Source of the DNA: Monocercomonoides exilis PA203
Lineage: Eukaryota > Protista > Preaxostyla
DNA length: 64,000 nt
Assembly (NCBI GenBank): GCA_001643675.2
Contig: LSRY02000008.1
Location: forward strand, 1,426,001-1,490,000
Direction of reading: 5' to 3'
The position numbers were made by a program, and so were the translations under genes. Numbering within the stretch: position 1 is the first letter of the stretch; each line of letters starts with the position of its first letter. The notes beneath the pieces were generated by a model, which saw only the letters and a program-made list of their open reading frames with translations, made no database searches and was not told the DNA's origin. This document shows, piece by piece, positions 1 to 13,024 of this stretch.

Positions 1-159
1 GATATTGGGGCAAAGAAGATTTCTGCTGTTGGAAAGGAAAAAAAGAAGAATGCGATTGGAAGGAATGCTGTTTTGCCTTTATTCTCTGCTCCGCAGCTTT
101 TTATTCTCCTCTTCTTTTTTCATCTCCTTCAGACTCGTCTTCTTCGTCTTCTTCATTAA
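1..159 (+). CDS. 3' end of the mirror copy of beta-helix paralog C (partial at window edge)
   Basis: Reverse complement of 13025-13183; reads DIGAKKISAVGKEKKK...LLRLLH*. Confidence 0.7.
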   Translation, partial: DIGAKKISAVGKEKKKNAIGRNAVLPLFSAPQLFILLFFFHLLQTRLLRLLH

Positions 160-612
160 TATCTTCAATTTCTGTTTTATTATCTTCAATTATATTGTAG
201 TCATTGTCTATTTTTAATATTTTGGCTGTTGGAATTATTCGGCCGGAAGCCACGCTGAGGAAAGGAAATGAGCAAAATTTGGAAGCAGAAGAGGGTCAAT
301 TTCATTGGTCGTGAGATGGAAAGCGGAGATGGAGAAGAAGGGTTTTGAGATTGAAATTGGAGGGATGAGGGAATACTGGTCGGAGGAGAAGAAACGACGA
401 GGAAGAAAAAGTGTGTGAAGAAAACTCAAAATAAAAAGGTTTGCTGAATGATTTGTTTTGTTTTTCTTGTACAAAATTAATTCTTTGATGTTTCTGTAAT
501 ATTTTTTCATACTTTTCTTTGAGTGATTTTATATCATTTATTTTTTATAATTATTTTATGACAATAAGAATTTTTTGGATGAGTATTCAAAAGCGAAGAA
601 TGCGAATGGAAT

Positions 613-2343
613 ATGGAAAGAAGGCAGAAGATGGTTACAGTTGAAAAAGTGATTTTGGAAAAACAAATGATGAAGAATGTTGGAATGCTGCTTCCGTTCA
701 GAAGCATTGAAGAAAAAAGATGCTTTTCTGCTTTTAATGGGAGCCAATTGTCTTCAGCAGAAGAGGCGAGGAAAGAATCTGAATTTAGGAAATATTCTGC
801 TACATGGCGCGGAGATGCAAAACAGGTGTATGGTCAAAAAATCAAAAGAGAAGGAAGAATTTCAGTGAGTGAATCGCGTTTCTCATCTTCTTCCCCATTT
901 TTCTTTTCACCATCTATATCCCTTATATCTCTCTTTCATTTGGTATTTTTCAACATCTCAACAGCAAATGAGGCATGCTCACCTTCTACCACTATGTCAA
1001 CACAAACCTCATGTTTTATGAGTAGTTGCTCCTTTTCATCAGTCTGCAATGCATATGATGGCGGAATTGTTCCCTCACTCAACAATCCCTATGCCTCTTT
1101 GACTGCCTCAAACACCTCGTTTGTTGGATGCTTCCGGACAAGGAATGTTGTTTGCGAAGGAACTTCAGATGTCAAGTTGACTCCAGAGAGGCAAAGCATT
1201 ACAGAAAATATAGCGAATACGTTCACTTGGTGCGAATGGAACGGGTCGAAAACAACAGGAGATGTTGACGATCATACTGATCGTACTTCAAATGGCGGAG
1301 CAATCAACATGAACAATTTGGCATCTGCCTCAATTTCTATTCAACACTGCACGTTCAACAACTGTTATGCGCATTATGGAGGTGGGGGAGTAATATGCCG
1401 GCAAATCAAAACACTCATTGCTGAAGACAATACATTCAATGATTGTACAGCTCAAAGTTATTATGGAGGAGGATTGTATGTTTATTATATAACTTCGTGT
1501 GTTCGGATCAGCGGATGTGAATTCCAGGGTTGCAAAGCAAGTATTCAAGGAGGAGGACTTTTTCTCGAAAATTTTCAGGTTTCAGGGCCAGGATGCATTC
1601 CAACAGAAAATGGAGGAGGAGAAAGTGCGTGTGTGTTTGACTGCAGCTTTGCTTCATGCTCAGTGACAAGCACAACTGGTGGAGGAATGCGTTGTTACAA
1701 TGTTCCTAATCAATTTAAAATGAGGAGCATTCAGTTCATTTCATGTTCAGCAACTGCATATGGAGGAGGATTGAGCTTCAGACCAGAAAAATCAGAAAAG
1801 CCAGATGATGGGTTCTATTGTTATTTCCTGTTCTTCCACGAATGCAAATGCAGAGATGAATCTAATCCATATGGTCACGATGCGTATTATGTTGATTATT
1901 ACAATGTTTTTTTGAGCACAGGAAATCCGTTCTATGAATGTTACACAACAAACACAGATGACCAGAGGATGTGTTATGTGTATAATTATTCGAGTTCAGG
2001 GAGTTGGGTGTATGATCAAACAATGAAAATGGATTGGCTGAAGAGAGGAATTCTCAATCGATTTGTGGCAGCGAGCGGAGGAAATGAAGAAGAGTTGTGT
2101 GGATTGGATGAGTCAAGTGCATGCCGAACCATTGGTGTTGCTGTTGAAAAGAGCATGATCCAGGTGAGTCTGTCAGTCACGCTGCTGGAAGGGAAACACA
2201 CAAGCGAGACAAAAACAATTGAGATTGGGACAAAGAAGATTTCAGCCATTGGGAAAGACAAAGAGAAATATTCGATTGGAACAAAAACGAATTTAAACCG
2301 TTCATTCTCCTCCTCTTCATCTGCTTGTTATTTCTCCTTTTAG
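613..2343 (+). CDS. Cys-rich right-handed beta-helix (Pmp/pectin-lyase-like) protein, paralog A; C-terminally truncated
   Basis: 576-aa ORF with GGAI and repeated FxxC-x(5-7)-GGG(L/M/V) motifs. Family homology stops after IGTKKISAIG...SIGT. No clear signal peptide or TM anchor. Confidence 0.75.
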   Translation: MERRQKMVTVEKVILEKQMMKNVGMLLPFRSIEEKRCFSAFNGSQLSSAEEARKESEFRKYSATWRGDAKQVYGQKIKREGRISVSESRFSSSSPFFFSPSISLISLFHLVFFNISTANEACSPSTTMSTQTSCFMSSCSFSSVCNAYDGGIVPSLNNPYASLTASNTSFVGCFRTRNVVCEGTSDVKLTPERQSITENIANTFTWCEWNGSKTTGDVDDHTDRTSNGGAINMNNLASASISIQHCTFNNCYAHYGGGGVICRQIKTLIAEDNTFNDCTAQSYYGGGLYVYYITSCVRISGCEFQGCKASIQGGGLFLENFQVSGPGCIPTENGGGESACVFDCSFASCSVTSTTGGGMRCYNVPNQFKMRSIQFISCSATAYGGGLSFRPEKSEKPDDGFYCYFLFFHECKCRDESNPYGHDAYYVDYYNVFLSTGNPFYECYTTNTDDQRMCYVYNYSSSGSWVYDQTMKMDWLKRGILNRFVAASGGNEEELCGLDESSACRTIGVAVEKSMIQVSLSVTLLEGKHTSETKTIEIGTKKISAIGKDKEKYSIGTKTNLNRSFSSSSSACYFSF

Positions 2344-3265
2344 ACATTTTATTTTAAAAAAAATGTTCCTCGATAACTTCGGCTTAATTCATAACAAAAA
2401 ATTTCTAACGGCTTCTAATCTATTTTTCTGCTTTTATTGGTTTTTGCTGGCAGATTTTTGAGATGGCAAAGAAGGAGGAGCAGAAAGACAGATTCAGAGC
2501 ATTTGTTGATGCTGCTAATTGTGAAGGCATTGCCAAATTCATAATTATCATCGCCAACTTTATCATCAATAATTTTTTTCCAAAAATATAAACCTTCATT
2601 GCCCTCTTTTTCATTTTCTTCCGACTCTTCGTCTTTATCATTGTTATCTTCTTCCTCTTCCTCTTCTTCGTTTTTCTCGCCTATGCATTAGCTTCTGGTT
2701 GTGGGAGTTAATTGAGTGGAAGCAGAACTGAGGATTTTTTAAAGGGGTGGTTTTTGAGGTCAAAGGGAAGCGATGCCATCGGAAATGGGACATACAGCAG
2801 AGATGGGGCAGATGGGCTTGCAGATGGGACGTGACGATATTTTGAGAGGCGCAAGAGAAAGAAATAGAAGAAAGTCTGTGAAGGGTGAAATAATAAGAGC
2901 ATGAATTTATATTTTTGTTTTTTATTATTTTTATTATTTTTATATAATTATAATCTTTGCAAGAATGTTTTCGGCCAATTCGCCACATGAGATAAGGAAA
3001 GATGGCTTTTGAATCAGGCCTGGAAAGATTGCAGAAGGTGAGAAATGAAGAGCGAACAGGGAATGAGCCAGATGAAATATATGAAATGAATGAAAAAGAT
3101 GATGCTTGCGAGATGAAAATAGCATTTTGAAAGAGGGAGGGGAAGAGGCAGAATAGAGAGCGGAAAGCTGATGAGATGTCAGAAGAAGATATCTAACAGG
3201 AAGTTAAGAAGGATAAGAAGAATGAAGAAAAAGAAAAAGATGAAGAAGATTTCAAAAAGAAAATG

Positions 3266-3361
3266 GTACTCGTTTTGCATATTTTATATTGAATTTTTGT
3301 ATTTTGTATTTTTGTATTAATAAAATTTTTATTTTATAAAATTTTTTTAAAATAATAATAG
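3266..3361 (+). other. Intron-like GT...AG segment upstream of paralog B
   Basis: aaatg|gtactc...AT-rich...aatag|ggacttttgc. A homologous segment precedes paralog F (aaatg|gtactg...taaag|gctttgc). Confidence 0.5.
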
Positions 3362-3388
3362 GGACTTTTGCACGAACATTCAAAATGA

Positions 3389-5113
3389 ATGGATTCGAAA
3401 GGAATATGGAAAGAAGGAAGAAGATGCACACAGGAGAAAAAGGGATATGGGGAAAGCATGCTAATTGGAAGAGTCAGAAGAAATAGGAAAATGGATTTTG
3501 AGCTTATTTGGATATTTTGTATTATTGCAACAAGATCAAGGGGAAGAAAAGGTAGCGTTGAAGGAAGCATTTCAGTGAGTGAGTCTCACTTCCCTTCTTT
3601 TTGTGCCTCATCAGCCCCGTTCATTTCTTCACCTTCCATTCCCCTTATATCCCTCTTTCATTTGACATTTTTCAACATATCAACAGCAAATGATGCATGC
3701 TCATTTACAACAACTACATCACCCCAAACATCATGTCTGATGAGCAGCTGTTCATTCTCATCAGTCTGTGATGCATATTATGGAGGAATTGTTCATTCCC
3801 TCAACAATCCCTATGCCTCTCTGACTGCTTCAAACACCTCATTCATTGGGTGTTGTCGAACAAGGAATGTTGTTTGTGAAGGAACTGCAGAGGCACCATT
3901 GAAGCCAGACAGACAAAGCATTACAGAAAATATAGCGAATACGTTCACTTGGTGCGAATGGAGTGGATCGAAGGCTTCTGAGACGAGTGAAGATTATTCA
4001 AATCAAGCCTCGAATGGAGGAGCAATATTTATGCACACCTTAACATCTGGAACACTCTCCATTTCTCACTGCGCATTCAACGAGTGTTCTTCATATTGTT
4101 GCGGTGGAGGGATAATGTGCCATACAATCAAAGCAGTGACAATTGAAAGCAGCACTTTCAATTTCTGTATCTCCTCAAATCGATATGGAGGAGGTGTGTA
4201 TTTATATGGAATTTCCACTTGTGCTCGGGTGAGTGGATGCGAGTTCAAAAACTGTCAAGCGATTGGCTTAGGGGGAGGATTGAAATTAGAAAATTTTAAT
4301 GTATCAGAAGGATGCATTGGAGAAGAAAAAGGGGAAGGGGAGAGTGCGTGTGTGTTTGACTGCAGTTTCACTTCATGCTCAGTCACAAATACACTTGGTG
4401 GAGGCATGTATTGTGTTACTGTTCCTGCGACGCAATTTAAAATGAGGAGCATTCAGTTTATTTCATGTTCAGCACGGCAAGAGGGAGGAGGATTATGTTT
4501 GCATCCAAATCGAGCAACAGCACCTGACAATAAACTATATTGCTTCTTCTTATTTTTTCACGAATGCAGCTGCAGGGATGCAGCCAATCCTCGCGGACAT
4601 GACGTTGAATATGTCGATACATACAATCTGTATTTGGATTCAGGAAATCCATTCCATGAATGTTACACCACAAACACAAACGATAAGAGGATCTGCTTTG
4701 CATATAATTATGCAAATGCAAGTGCCTGGACATATGATCAAACATCAAAAAAAAATTGGCTGAAGGATAAGACAATTTATGTATCTGTTGGTGGGAATGA
4801 TAATTTTGAGTTGTGTGGGGCAAATGAAACATTTCCTTGTCTGACAGTGAAAAAGGCGTTTGAGATGTGTGAGGTGCAGATTAGTTTGGCAATCACGCTG
4901 ATGGAAGGGAATCATCAAAGCGAAGCAAGAACAGTTGAGATTGGAGAAAAGAAGATTTCAGTAATTGGGAAGGGAAGGACGGAGAGTTCGATTGAAATGA
5001 AATCACTTTCATCATCAGCAGCAGCTGGAGCTCTATTCGGTGTGACGACAGGTTATCTGGGAATGAGTCACTTGAAGATTGACTGCAACTCATCAGTAAG
5101 TCCTCATTCATGA
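3389..5113 (+). CDS. Beta-helix paralog B (centre-proximal, ends DCNSSVSPHS*)
   Basis: 574-aa ORF with the same motifs; ends where the shared central core begins. Confidence 0.75.
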   Translation: MDSKGIWKEGRRCTQEKKGYGESMLIGRVRRNRKMDFELIWIFCIIATRSRGRKGSVEGSISVSESHFPSFCASSAPFISSPSIPLISLFHLTFFNISTANDACSFTTTTSPQTSCLMSSCSFSSVCDAYYGGIVHSLNNPYASLTASNTSFIGCCRTRNVVCEGTAEAPLKPDRQSITENIANTFTWCEWSGSKASETSEDYSNQASNGGAIFMHTLTSGTLSISHCAFNECSSYCCGGGIMCHTIKAVTIESSTFNFCISSNRYGGGVYLYGISTCARVSGCEFKNCQAIGLGGGLKLENFNVSEGCIGEEKGEGESACVFDCSFTSCSVTNTLGGGMYCVTVPATQFKMRSIQFISCSARQEGGGLCLHPNRATAPDNKLYCFFLFFHECSCRDAANPRGHDVEYVDTYNLYLDSGNPFHECYTTNTNDKRICFAYNYANASAWTYDQTSKKNWLKDKTIYVSVGGNDNFELCGANETFPCLTVKKAFEMCEVQISLAITLMEGNHQSEARTVEIGEKKISVIGKGRTESSIEMKSLSSSAAAGALFGVTTGYLGMSHLKIDCNSSVSPHS

Positions 5114-6577
5114 ATATATGAATTCTGTTAATGAGATGTGCTTTGGGAGTGAATGCACAACAGTAGAAAATATCTTTTTGTTTGGCGCATGATGCATCCT
5201 TATGCAATAAGTTTTGTTAACAGTCACAAGCATTGAGACATTTACGGAGATTTCTTTGTTTGTTTGTCGGTTGGTTGGTTTTGAGGAATTATAAAATTCG
5301 GTTAATCGATTTTTGTTTGAGAAATCAATGAAAATATGAACACAAAGTTAATTTGATGACGATGTGATGGTATTTTTTTGCATCAAATGGACATTTTTTC
5401 TTCTTTTCCGAATGAATGCAATAAAAAACAAAAATAGCACCATCCAAATTATGAAAAAGATGAGTCAATTTTTTTTTCTTTTTTTTTTTTTTTTGAAATT
5501 CTAATTTTTTGGATAAATAGATGAATACTTATTTCTCTCTTCTTTCTTTCTTTCTTTCTTTTATATTTTTTTAATTAGAATAATAGAACATTTACGAATT
5601 GTTATTGGAAAAGATAATACACCTTGATGATCAATCGCATGATATTTAATTGAACAATTTTTATTTTTTGTTTTTGTGTTGTTTTTGTCAAAGAATTTGG
5701 AAAAGAATATTTTTTTGAATCGATAAGAAGTTTGAAATCTGTTCAACTTGTTCGAGATTTTTTATCAAATTTTTTTATGAAAAAAATTAATCATCCTTTT
5801 TTATTCATATCATATTAATCATAAGAAACTGACATTTCTGAAATTCTTCCTTCATAATTTAAATACAATCATATAATTCGAATCGAGTTTGTGAATCTTC
5901 AAGAAAAACAAAAAACACTCAATATTATTTTTAATAATAATTCAGTTGTTGATTAGTGAGATATTGATTTTGACAACATTTGTTGAGTCAGATATTCATC
6001 AACACCCCCATCCTCATTTTTTTGAAAATTATAATCCTTTGTTATTTTTTTCAATCTCATATAATCATCAAGACACATCCTTTGAAACATGAAATAAATG
6101 ATCGACAAGTTTGGAAATGTTATTGTTATTTGGGAATGATTTCTGTGAAGTTCTGTTTATCATTTGTTGATGTCTCAAACAGATCTTGAGTTGTGTTGTG
6201 ATGTTCTTGTGATCAGAGACTGGCCCGTATTTCCATTGACATTTTTGAGACCAGTTATTTTTCCTTTGATGAATGAATCCACCATTCACACATTTTTATT
6301 TCATTTCTCCAAACATTTCATATCTTTCAAAAACACTTTTCCAATATTCTTTGATCAATACACCAATTGTTCTTCTGATTGAATTCTCTCTTCTTTTTGA
6401 TAAATCACAAATGTTTGATTTTTTGATTTTACCAATCATTCTATTCAAATTCAAACATTTCTATTCAATCTAAAATTTGTCTTGTTGTTTTTATATCCAT
6501 TTTCATTTGTGTAATTCTTTTTGAAAAGTCACAAATGTTTCATTTTTATTCATATCAACAATTTCATATTTTGCTCA
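5101..6577 (+). repeat. Conserved non-coding palindrome-centre core, copy 1
   Basis: Highly similar to 33344-34972 over most of its length; inverted copies at 6680-8081 and 35127-36766. Confidence 0.9.
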
Positions 6578-6746
6578 GATTTCTGTTTCCACTCAATAAT
6601 CTTCAAATGAATGTTTGAAATTGCATTATATAGACATATATTCCATATTAGTGAAGTTTGGTGTATTTCAACAAAAATTTGAGCAAAATATGAAATTGTT
6701 GATATGAATAAAAATGAAACATTTGTGACTTTTCAAAAAGAATTAC
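6511..6746. other. ~230-bp AT-rich fold-back element forming the centre of P1
   Basis: Aligns without gaps to the hairpin at 20711-20945: 34/45 over 6561-6605 and 44/55 over 6641-6695 by hand count. Both have cttca-N46-tgaag loop closure. Confidence 0.8.
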
Positions 6747-8081
6747 ACAAATGAAAATGGATATAAAAACAACAAGACAAATTTTAGATTGAATAGAAAT
6801 GTTTGAATTTGAATAGAATGATTGGTAAAATCAAAAAATCAAACATTTGTGATTTATCAAAAAGAAGAGAGAATTCAATCAGAAGAACAATTGGTGTATT
6901 TATCAAAGAATATTGGAAAAGTGTTTTTGAAAGATATGAAATGTTTGGAGAAATGAAATAAAAATGTGTGAATGGTGGATTCATTCATCAAAGGAAAAAT
7001 AACTGGTCTCAAAAATGTCAATGGAAATACGGGCCAGTCTCTGATCACAAGAACATCACAACACAACTCAAGATCTGTTTGAGACATCAACAAATGATAA
7101 ACAGAACTTCACAGAAATCATTCCCAAATAACAATAACATTTCCAAACTTGTCGATCATTTATTTCATGTTTCAAAGGATGTGTCTTGATGATTATATGA
7201 GATTGAAAAAATAACAAAGGATTATAATTTTCAAAAAAATGAGGATGGGGTGTTGATGAATATCTGACTCAACAAATGTTGTCAAAATCAATATCTCACT
7301 AATCAACAACTGAATTATTATTAAAAATAATATTGAGTGTTTTTGTTTTCTTGAAGATTCACAAACTCGATTCGAATTATATGATTGTATTTAAATTATG
7401 AAGGAAGAATTTCAGAAATGTCAGTTTCTTATGATTAATATGATATGAATAAAAAGGATGATTAATTTTTCATAAAAAATTTGATAAAAATCTCAATTCT
7501 TTGACAAAAACAACACAAAAACAAAAAATAAAAATTGTTCAATTAAATATCATGCGATTGATCATCAAGGTGTATTATCTTTCCAATAACAATTCGTAAA
7601 TGTTCTATTATTCTAATTAAAAAAATATAAAAAGAAAAGAAAGAAAGAAAGAAGAGAGAAATAAGTATTCATCTATTTATCCAAAAAAAAATTAGAATTT
7701 CAAAAAAAAAAAAAAAAAACTCATCTTTTCATAATTTGGATGGTGCTATTTTTGTTTTTTATTGCATTCATTCGGAAAAGAAGAAAAAATGTCCATTTGA
7801 TGCAAAAAAATACCATCACATCGTCATCAAATTAACTTTGTGTTCATATTTTCATTGATTTCTCAAACAAAAATCGATTAACCGAATTTTATAATTCCTC
7901 AAAACCAACCAACCGACAAACAAACAAAGAAATCTCCGTAAATGTCTCAATGCTTGTGACTGTTAACAAAACTTATTGCATAAGGATGCATCATGCGCCA
8001 AACAAAAGATATTTTCTACTGTTGTGCATTCACTCCCAAAGCACATCTCATTAACAGAATTCATATATTCATGAATGAGGA
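6680..8081 (-). repeat. Centre core, copy 2 (mirror; ~56-bp deletion near 7494)
   Basis: Reverse complement of 5101-6577, lacking gaacaagttg...tttcca. Confidence 0.9.
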
Positions 8082-9792
8082 CTTACTGATGAGTTGCAGT
8101 CAATCTTCAAGTGACTCATTCCCAGATAACCTGTCGTCACACCGAATAGAGCTCCAGCTGCTGCTGATGATGAAAGTGATTTCATTTCAATCGAACTCTC
8201 CGTCCTTCCCTTCCCAATTACTGAAATCTTCTTTTCTCCAATCTCAACTGTTCTTGCTTCGCTTTGATGATTCCCTTCCATCAGCGTGATTGCCAAACTA
8301 ATCTGCACCTCACACATCTCAAACGCCTTTTCACTGTCAGACAAGGAAATGTTTCATTTGCCCCACACAACTCAAAATTATCATTCCCACCAACAGATAC
8401 ATAAATTGTCTTATCCTTCAGCCAATTTTTTTTTGATGTTTGATCATATGTCCAGGCACTTGCATTTGCATAATTATATGCAAAGCAGATCCTCTTATCG
8501 TTTGTGTTTGTGGTGTAACATTCATGGAATGGATTTCCTGAATCCAAATACAGATTGTATGTATCGACATATTCAACGTCATGTCCGCGAGGATTGGCTG
8601 CATCCCTGCAGCTGCATTCGTGAAAAAATAAGAAGAAGCAATATAGTTTATTGTCAGGTGCTGTTGCTCGATTTGGATGCAAACATAATCCTCCTCCCTC
8701 TTGCCGTGCTGAACATGAAATAAACTGAATGCTCCTCATTTTAAATTGCGTCGCAGGAACAGTAACACAATACATGCCTCCACCAAGTGTATTTGTGACT
8801 GAGCATGAAGTGAAACTGCAGTCAAACACACACGCACTCTCCCCTTCCCCTTTTTCTTCTCCAATGCATCCTTCTGATACATTAAAATTTTCTAATTTCA
8901 ATCCTCCCCCTAAGCCAATCGCTTGACAGTTTTTGAACTCGCATCCACTCACCCGAGCACAAGTGGAAATTCCATATAAATACACACCTCCTCCATATCG
9001 ATTTGAGGAGATACAGAAATTGAAAGTGCTGCTTTCAATTGTCACTGCTTTGATTGTATGGCACATTATCCCTCCACCGCAACAATATGAAGAACACTCG
9101 TTGAATGCGCAGTGAGAAATGGAGAGTGTTCCAGATGTTAAGGTGTGCATAAATATTGCTCCTCCATTCGAGGCTTGATTTGAATAATCTTCACTCGTCT
9201 CAGAAGCCTTCGATCCACTCCATTCGCACCAAGTGAACGTATTCGCTATATTTTCTGTAATGCTTTGTCTGTCTGGCTTCAATGGTGCCTCTGCAGTTCC
9301 TTCACAAACAACATTCCTTGTTCGACAACACCCAATGAATGAGGTGTTTGAAGCAGTCAGAGAGGCATAGGGATTGTTGAGGGAATGAACAATTCCTCCA
9401 TAATATGCATCACAGACTGATGAGAATGAACAGCTGCTCATCAGACATGATGTTTGGGGTGATGTAGTTGTTGTAAATGAGCATGCATCATTTGCTGTTG
9501 ATATGTTGAAAAATGTCAAATGAAAGAGGGATATAAGGGGAATGGAAGGTGAAGAAATGAACGGGGCTGATGAGGCACAAAAAGAAGGGAAGTGAGACTC
9601 ACTCACTGAAATGCTTCCTTCAACGCTACCTTTTCTTCCCCTTGATCTTGTTGCAATAATACAAAATATCCAAATAAGCTCAAAATCCATTTTCCTATTT
9701 CTTCTGACTCTTCCAATTAGCATGCTTTCCCCATATCCCTTTTTCTCCTGTGTGCATCTTCTTCCTTCTTTCCATATTCCTTTCGAATCCAT
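8069..9792 (-). pseudogene. Mirror copy of paralog B with a 1-nt homopolymer frameshift near 8330
   Basis: ORFs 8281..9792 and 8069..8344 together equal B. The run is A5 in the left arm and A4 here; may be a consensus error. Confidence 0.75.
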
Positions 9793-10839
9793 TCATTTTG
9801 AATGTTCGTGCAAAAGTCCCTATTATTATTTTAAAAAAATTTTATAAAATAAAAATTTTATTAATACAAAAATACAAAATACAAAAATTCAATATAAAAT
9901 ATGCAAAACGAGTACCATTTTCTTTTTGAAATCTTCTTCATCTTTTTCTTTTTCTTCATTCTTCTTATCCTTCTTAACTTCCTGTTAGATATCTTCTTCT
10001 GACATCTCATCAGCTTTCCGCTCTCTATTCTGCCTCTTCCCCTCCCTCTTTCAAAATGCTATTTTCATCTCGCAAGCATCATCTTTTTCATTCATTTCAT
10101 ATATTTCATCTGGCTCATTCCCTGTTCGCTCTTCATTTCTCACCTTCTGCAATCTTTCCAGGCCTGATTCAAAAGCCATCTTTCCTTATCTCATGTGGCG
10201 AATTGGCCGAAAACATTCTTGCAAAGATTATAATTATATAAAAATAATAAAAATAATAAAAAACAAAAATATAAATTCATGCTCTTATTATTTCACCCTT
10301 CACAGACTTTCTTCTATTTCTTTCTCTTGCGCCTCTCAAAATATCGTCACGTCCCATCTGCAAGCCCATCTGCCCCATCTCTGCTGTATGTCCCATTTCC
10401 GATGGCATCGCTTCCCTTTGACCTCAAAAACCACCCCTTTAAAAAATCCTCAGTTCTGCTTCCACTCAATTAACTCCCACAACCAGAAGCTAATGCATAG
10501 GCGAGAAAAACGAAGAAGAGGAAGAGGAAGAAGATAACAATGATAAAGACGAAGAGTCGGAAGAAAATGAAAAAGAGGGCAATGAAGGTTTATATTTTTT
10601 GGAAAAAAAATTATTGATGATAAAGTTGGCGATGATAATTATGAATTTGGCAATGCCTTCACAATTAGCAGCATCAACAAATGCTCTGAATCTGTCTTTC
10701 TGCTCCTCCTTCTTTGCCATCTCAAAAATCTGCCAGCAAAAACCAATAAAAGCAGAAAAATAGATTAGAAGCCGTTAGAAATTTTTTGTTATGAATTAAG
10801 CCGAAGTTATCGAGGAACATTTTTTTTAAAATAAAATGT

Positions 10840-12569
10840 CTAAAAGGAGAAATAACAAGCAGATGAAGAGGAGGAGAATGAACGGTTTAAATTCGTTTTT
10901 GTTCCAATCGAATATTTCTCTTTGTCTTTCCCAATGGCTGAAATCTTCTTTGTCCCAATCTCAATTGTTTTTGTCTCGCTTGTGTGTTTCCCTTCCAGCA
11001 GCGTGACTGACAGACTCACCTGGATCATGCTCTTTTCAACAGCAACACCAATGGTTCGGCATGCACTTGACTCATCCAATCCACACAACTCTTCTTCATT
11101 TCCTCCGCTCGCTGCCACAAATCGATTGAGAATTCCTCTCTTCAGCCAATCCATTTTCATTGTTTGATCATACACCCAACTCCCTGAACTCGAATAATTA
11201 TACACATAACACATCCTCTGGTCATCTGTGTTTGTTGTGTAACATTCATAGAACGGATTTCCTGTGCTCAAAAAACATTGTAATAATCAACATAATACGC
11301 ATCGTGACCATATGGATTAGATTCATCTCTGCATTTGCATTCGTGGAAGAACAGGAAATAACAATAGAACCCATCATCTGGCTTTTCTGATTTTTCTGGT
11401 CTGAAGCTCAATCCTCCTCCATATGCAGTTGCTGAACATGAAATGAACTGAATGCTCCTCATTTTAAATTGATTAGGAACATTGTAACAACGCATTCCTC
11501 CACCAGTTGTGCTTGTCACTGAGCATGAAGCAAAGCTGCAGTCAAACACACACGCACTTTCTCCTCCTCCATTTTCTGTTGGAATGCATCCTGGCCCTGA
11601 AACCTGAAAATTTTCGAGAAAAAGTCCTCCTCCTTGAATACTTGCTTTGCAACCCTGGAATTCACATCCGCTGATCCGAACACACGAAGTTATATAATAA
11701 ACATACAATCCTCCTCCATAATAACTTTGAGCTGTACAATCATTGAATGTATTGTCTTCAGCAATGAGTGTTTTGATTTGCCGGCATATTACTCCCCCAC
11801 CTCCATAATGCGCATAACAGTTGTTGAACGTGCAGTGTTGAATAGAAATTGAGGCAGATGCCAAATTGTTCATGTTGATTGCTCCGCCATTTGAAGTACG
11901 ATCAGTATGATCGTCAACATCTCCTGTTGTTTTCGACCCGTTCCATTCGCACCAAGTGAACGTATTCGCTATATTTTCTGTAATGCTTTGCCTCTCTGGA
12001 GTCAACTTGACATCTGAAGTTCCTTCGCAAACAACATTCCTTGTCCGGAAGCATCCAACAAACGAGGTGTTTGAGGCAGTCAAAGAGGCATAGGGATTGT
12101 TGAGTGAGGGAACAATTCCGCCATCATATGCATTGCAGACTGATGAAAAGGAGCAACTACTCATAAAACATGAGGTTTGTGTTGACATAGTGGTAGAAGG
12201 TGAGCATGCCTCATTTGCTGTTGAGATGTTGAAAAATACCAAATGAAAGAGAGATATAAGGGATATAGATGGTGAAAAGAAAAATGGGGAAGAAGATGAG
12301 AAACGCGATTCACTCACTGAAATTCTTCCTTCTCTTTTGATTTTTTGACCATACACCTGTTTTGCATCTCCGCGCCATGTAGCAGAATATTTCCTAAATT
12401 CAGATTCTTTCCTCGCCTCTTCTGCTGAAGACAATTGGCTCCCATTAAAAGCAGAAAAGCATCTTTTTTCTTCAATGCTTCTGAACGGAAGCAGCATTCC
12501 AACATTCTTCATCATTTGTTTTTTCCAAAATCACTTTTTCAACTGTAACCATCTTCTGCCTTCTTTCCA
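10840..12569 (-). pseudogene. Mirror copy of paralog A with a 1-nt homopolymer frameshift near 11270
   Basis: ORFs 11268..12515 and 10840..11271 together equal A. T7 versus T6; may be a consensus error. Confidence 0.75.
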
Positions 12570-13024
12570 TATTCCATTCGCATTCTTCGCTTTTGAATAC
12601 TCATCCAAAAAATTCTTATTGTCATAAAATAATTATAAAAAATAAATGATATAAAATCACTCAAAGAAAAGTATGAAAAAAATATTACAGAAACATCAAA
12701 GAATTAATTTTGTACAAGAAAAACAAAACAAATCATTCAGCAAACCTTTTTATTTTGAGTTTTCTTCACACACTTTTTCTTCCTCGTCGTTTCTTCTCCT
12801 CCGACCAGTATTCCCTCATCCCTCCAATTTCAATCTCAAAACCCTTCTTCTCCATCTCCGCTTTCCATCTCACGACCAATGAAATTGACCCTCTTCTGCT
12901 TCCAAATTTTGCTCATTTCCTTTCCTCAGCGTGGCTTCCGGCCGAATAATTCCAACAGCCAAAATATTAAAAATAGACAATGACTACAATATAATTGAAG
13001 ATAATAAAACAGAAATTGAAGATA

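Noticed and set aside
5561-7189. Short ORFs conserved in all four core copies (e.g. MLMSQTDLEL..., MNGGFIHQ...)
   Set aside because: They overlap on both strands, have variable stops and no motifs. Their identity simply follows from DNA duplication.
6700-7250. Possible ~62-bp degenerate periodicity of tcaaaRga motifs in the core
   Set aside because: Spacing is irregular by eye and cannot be supported without autocorrelation analysis.
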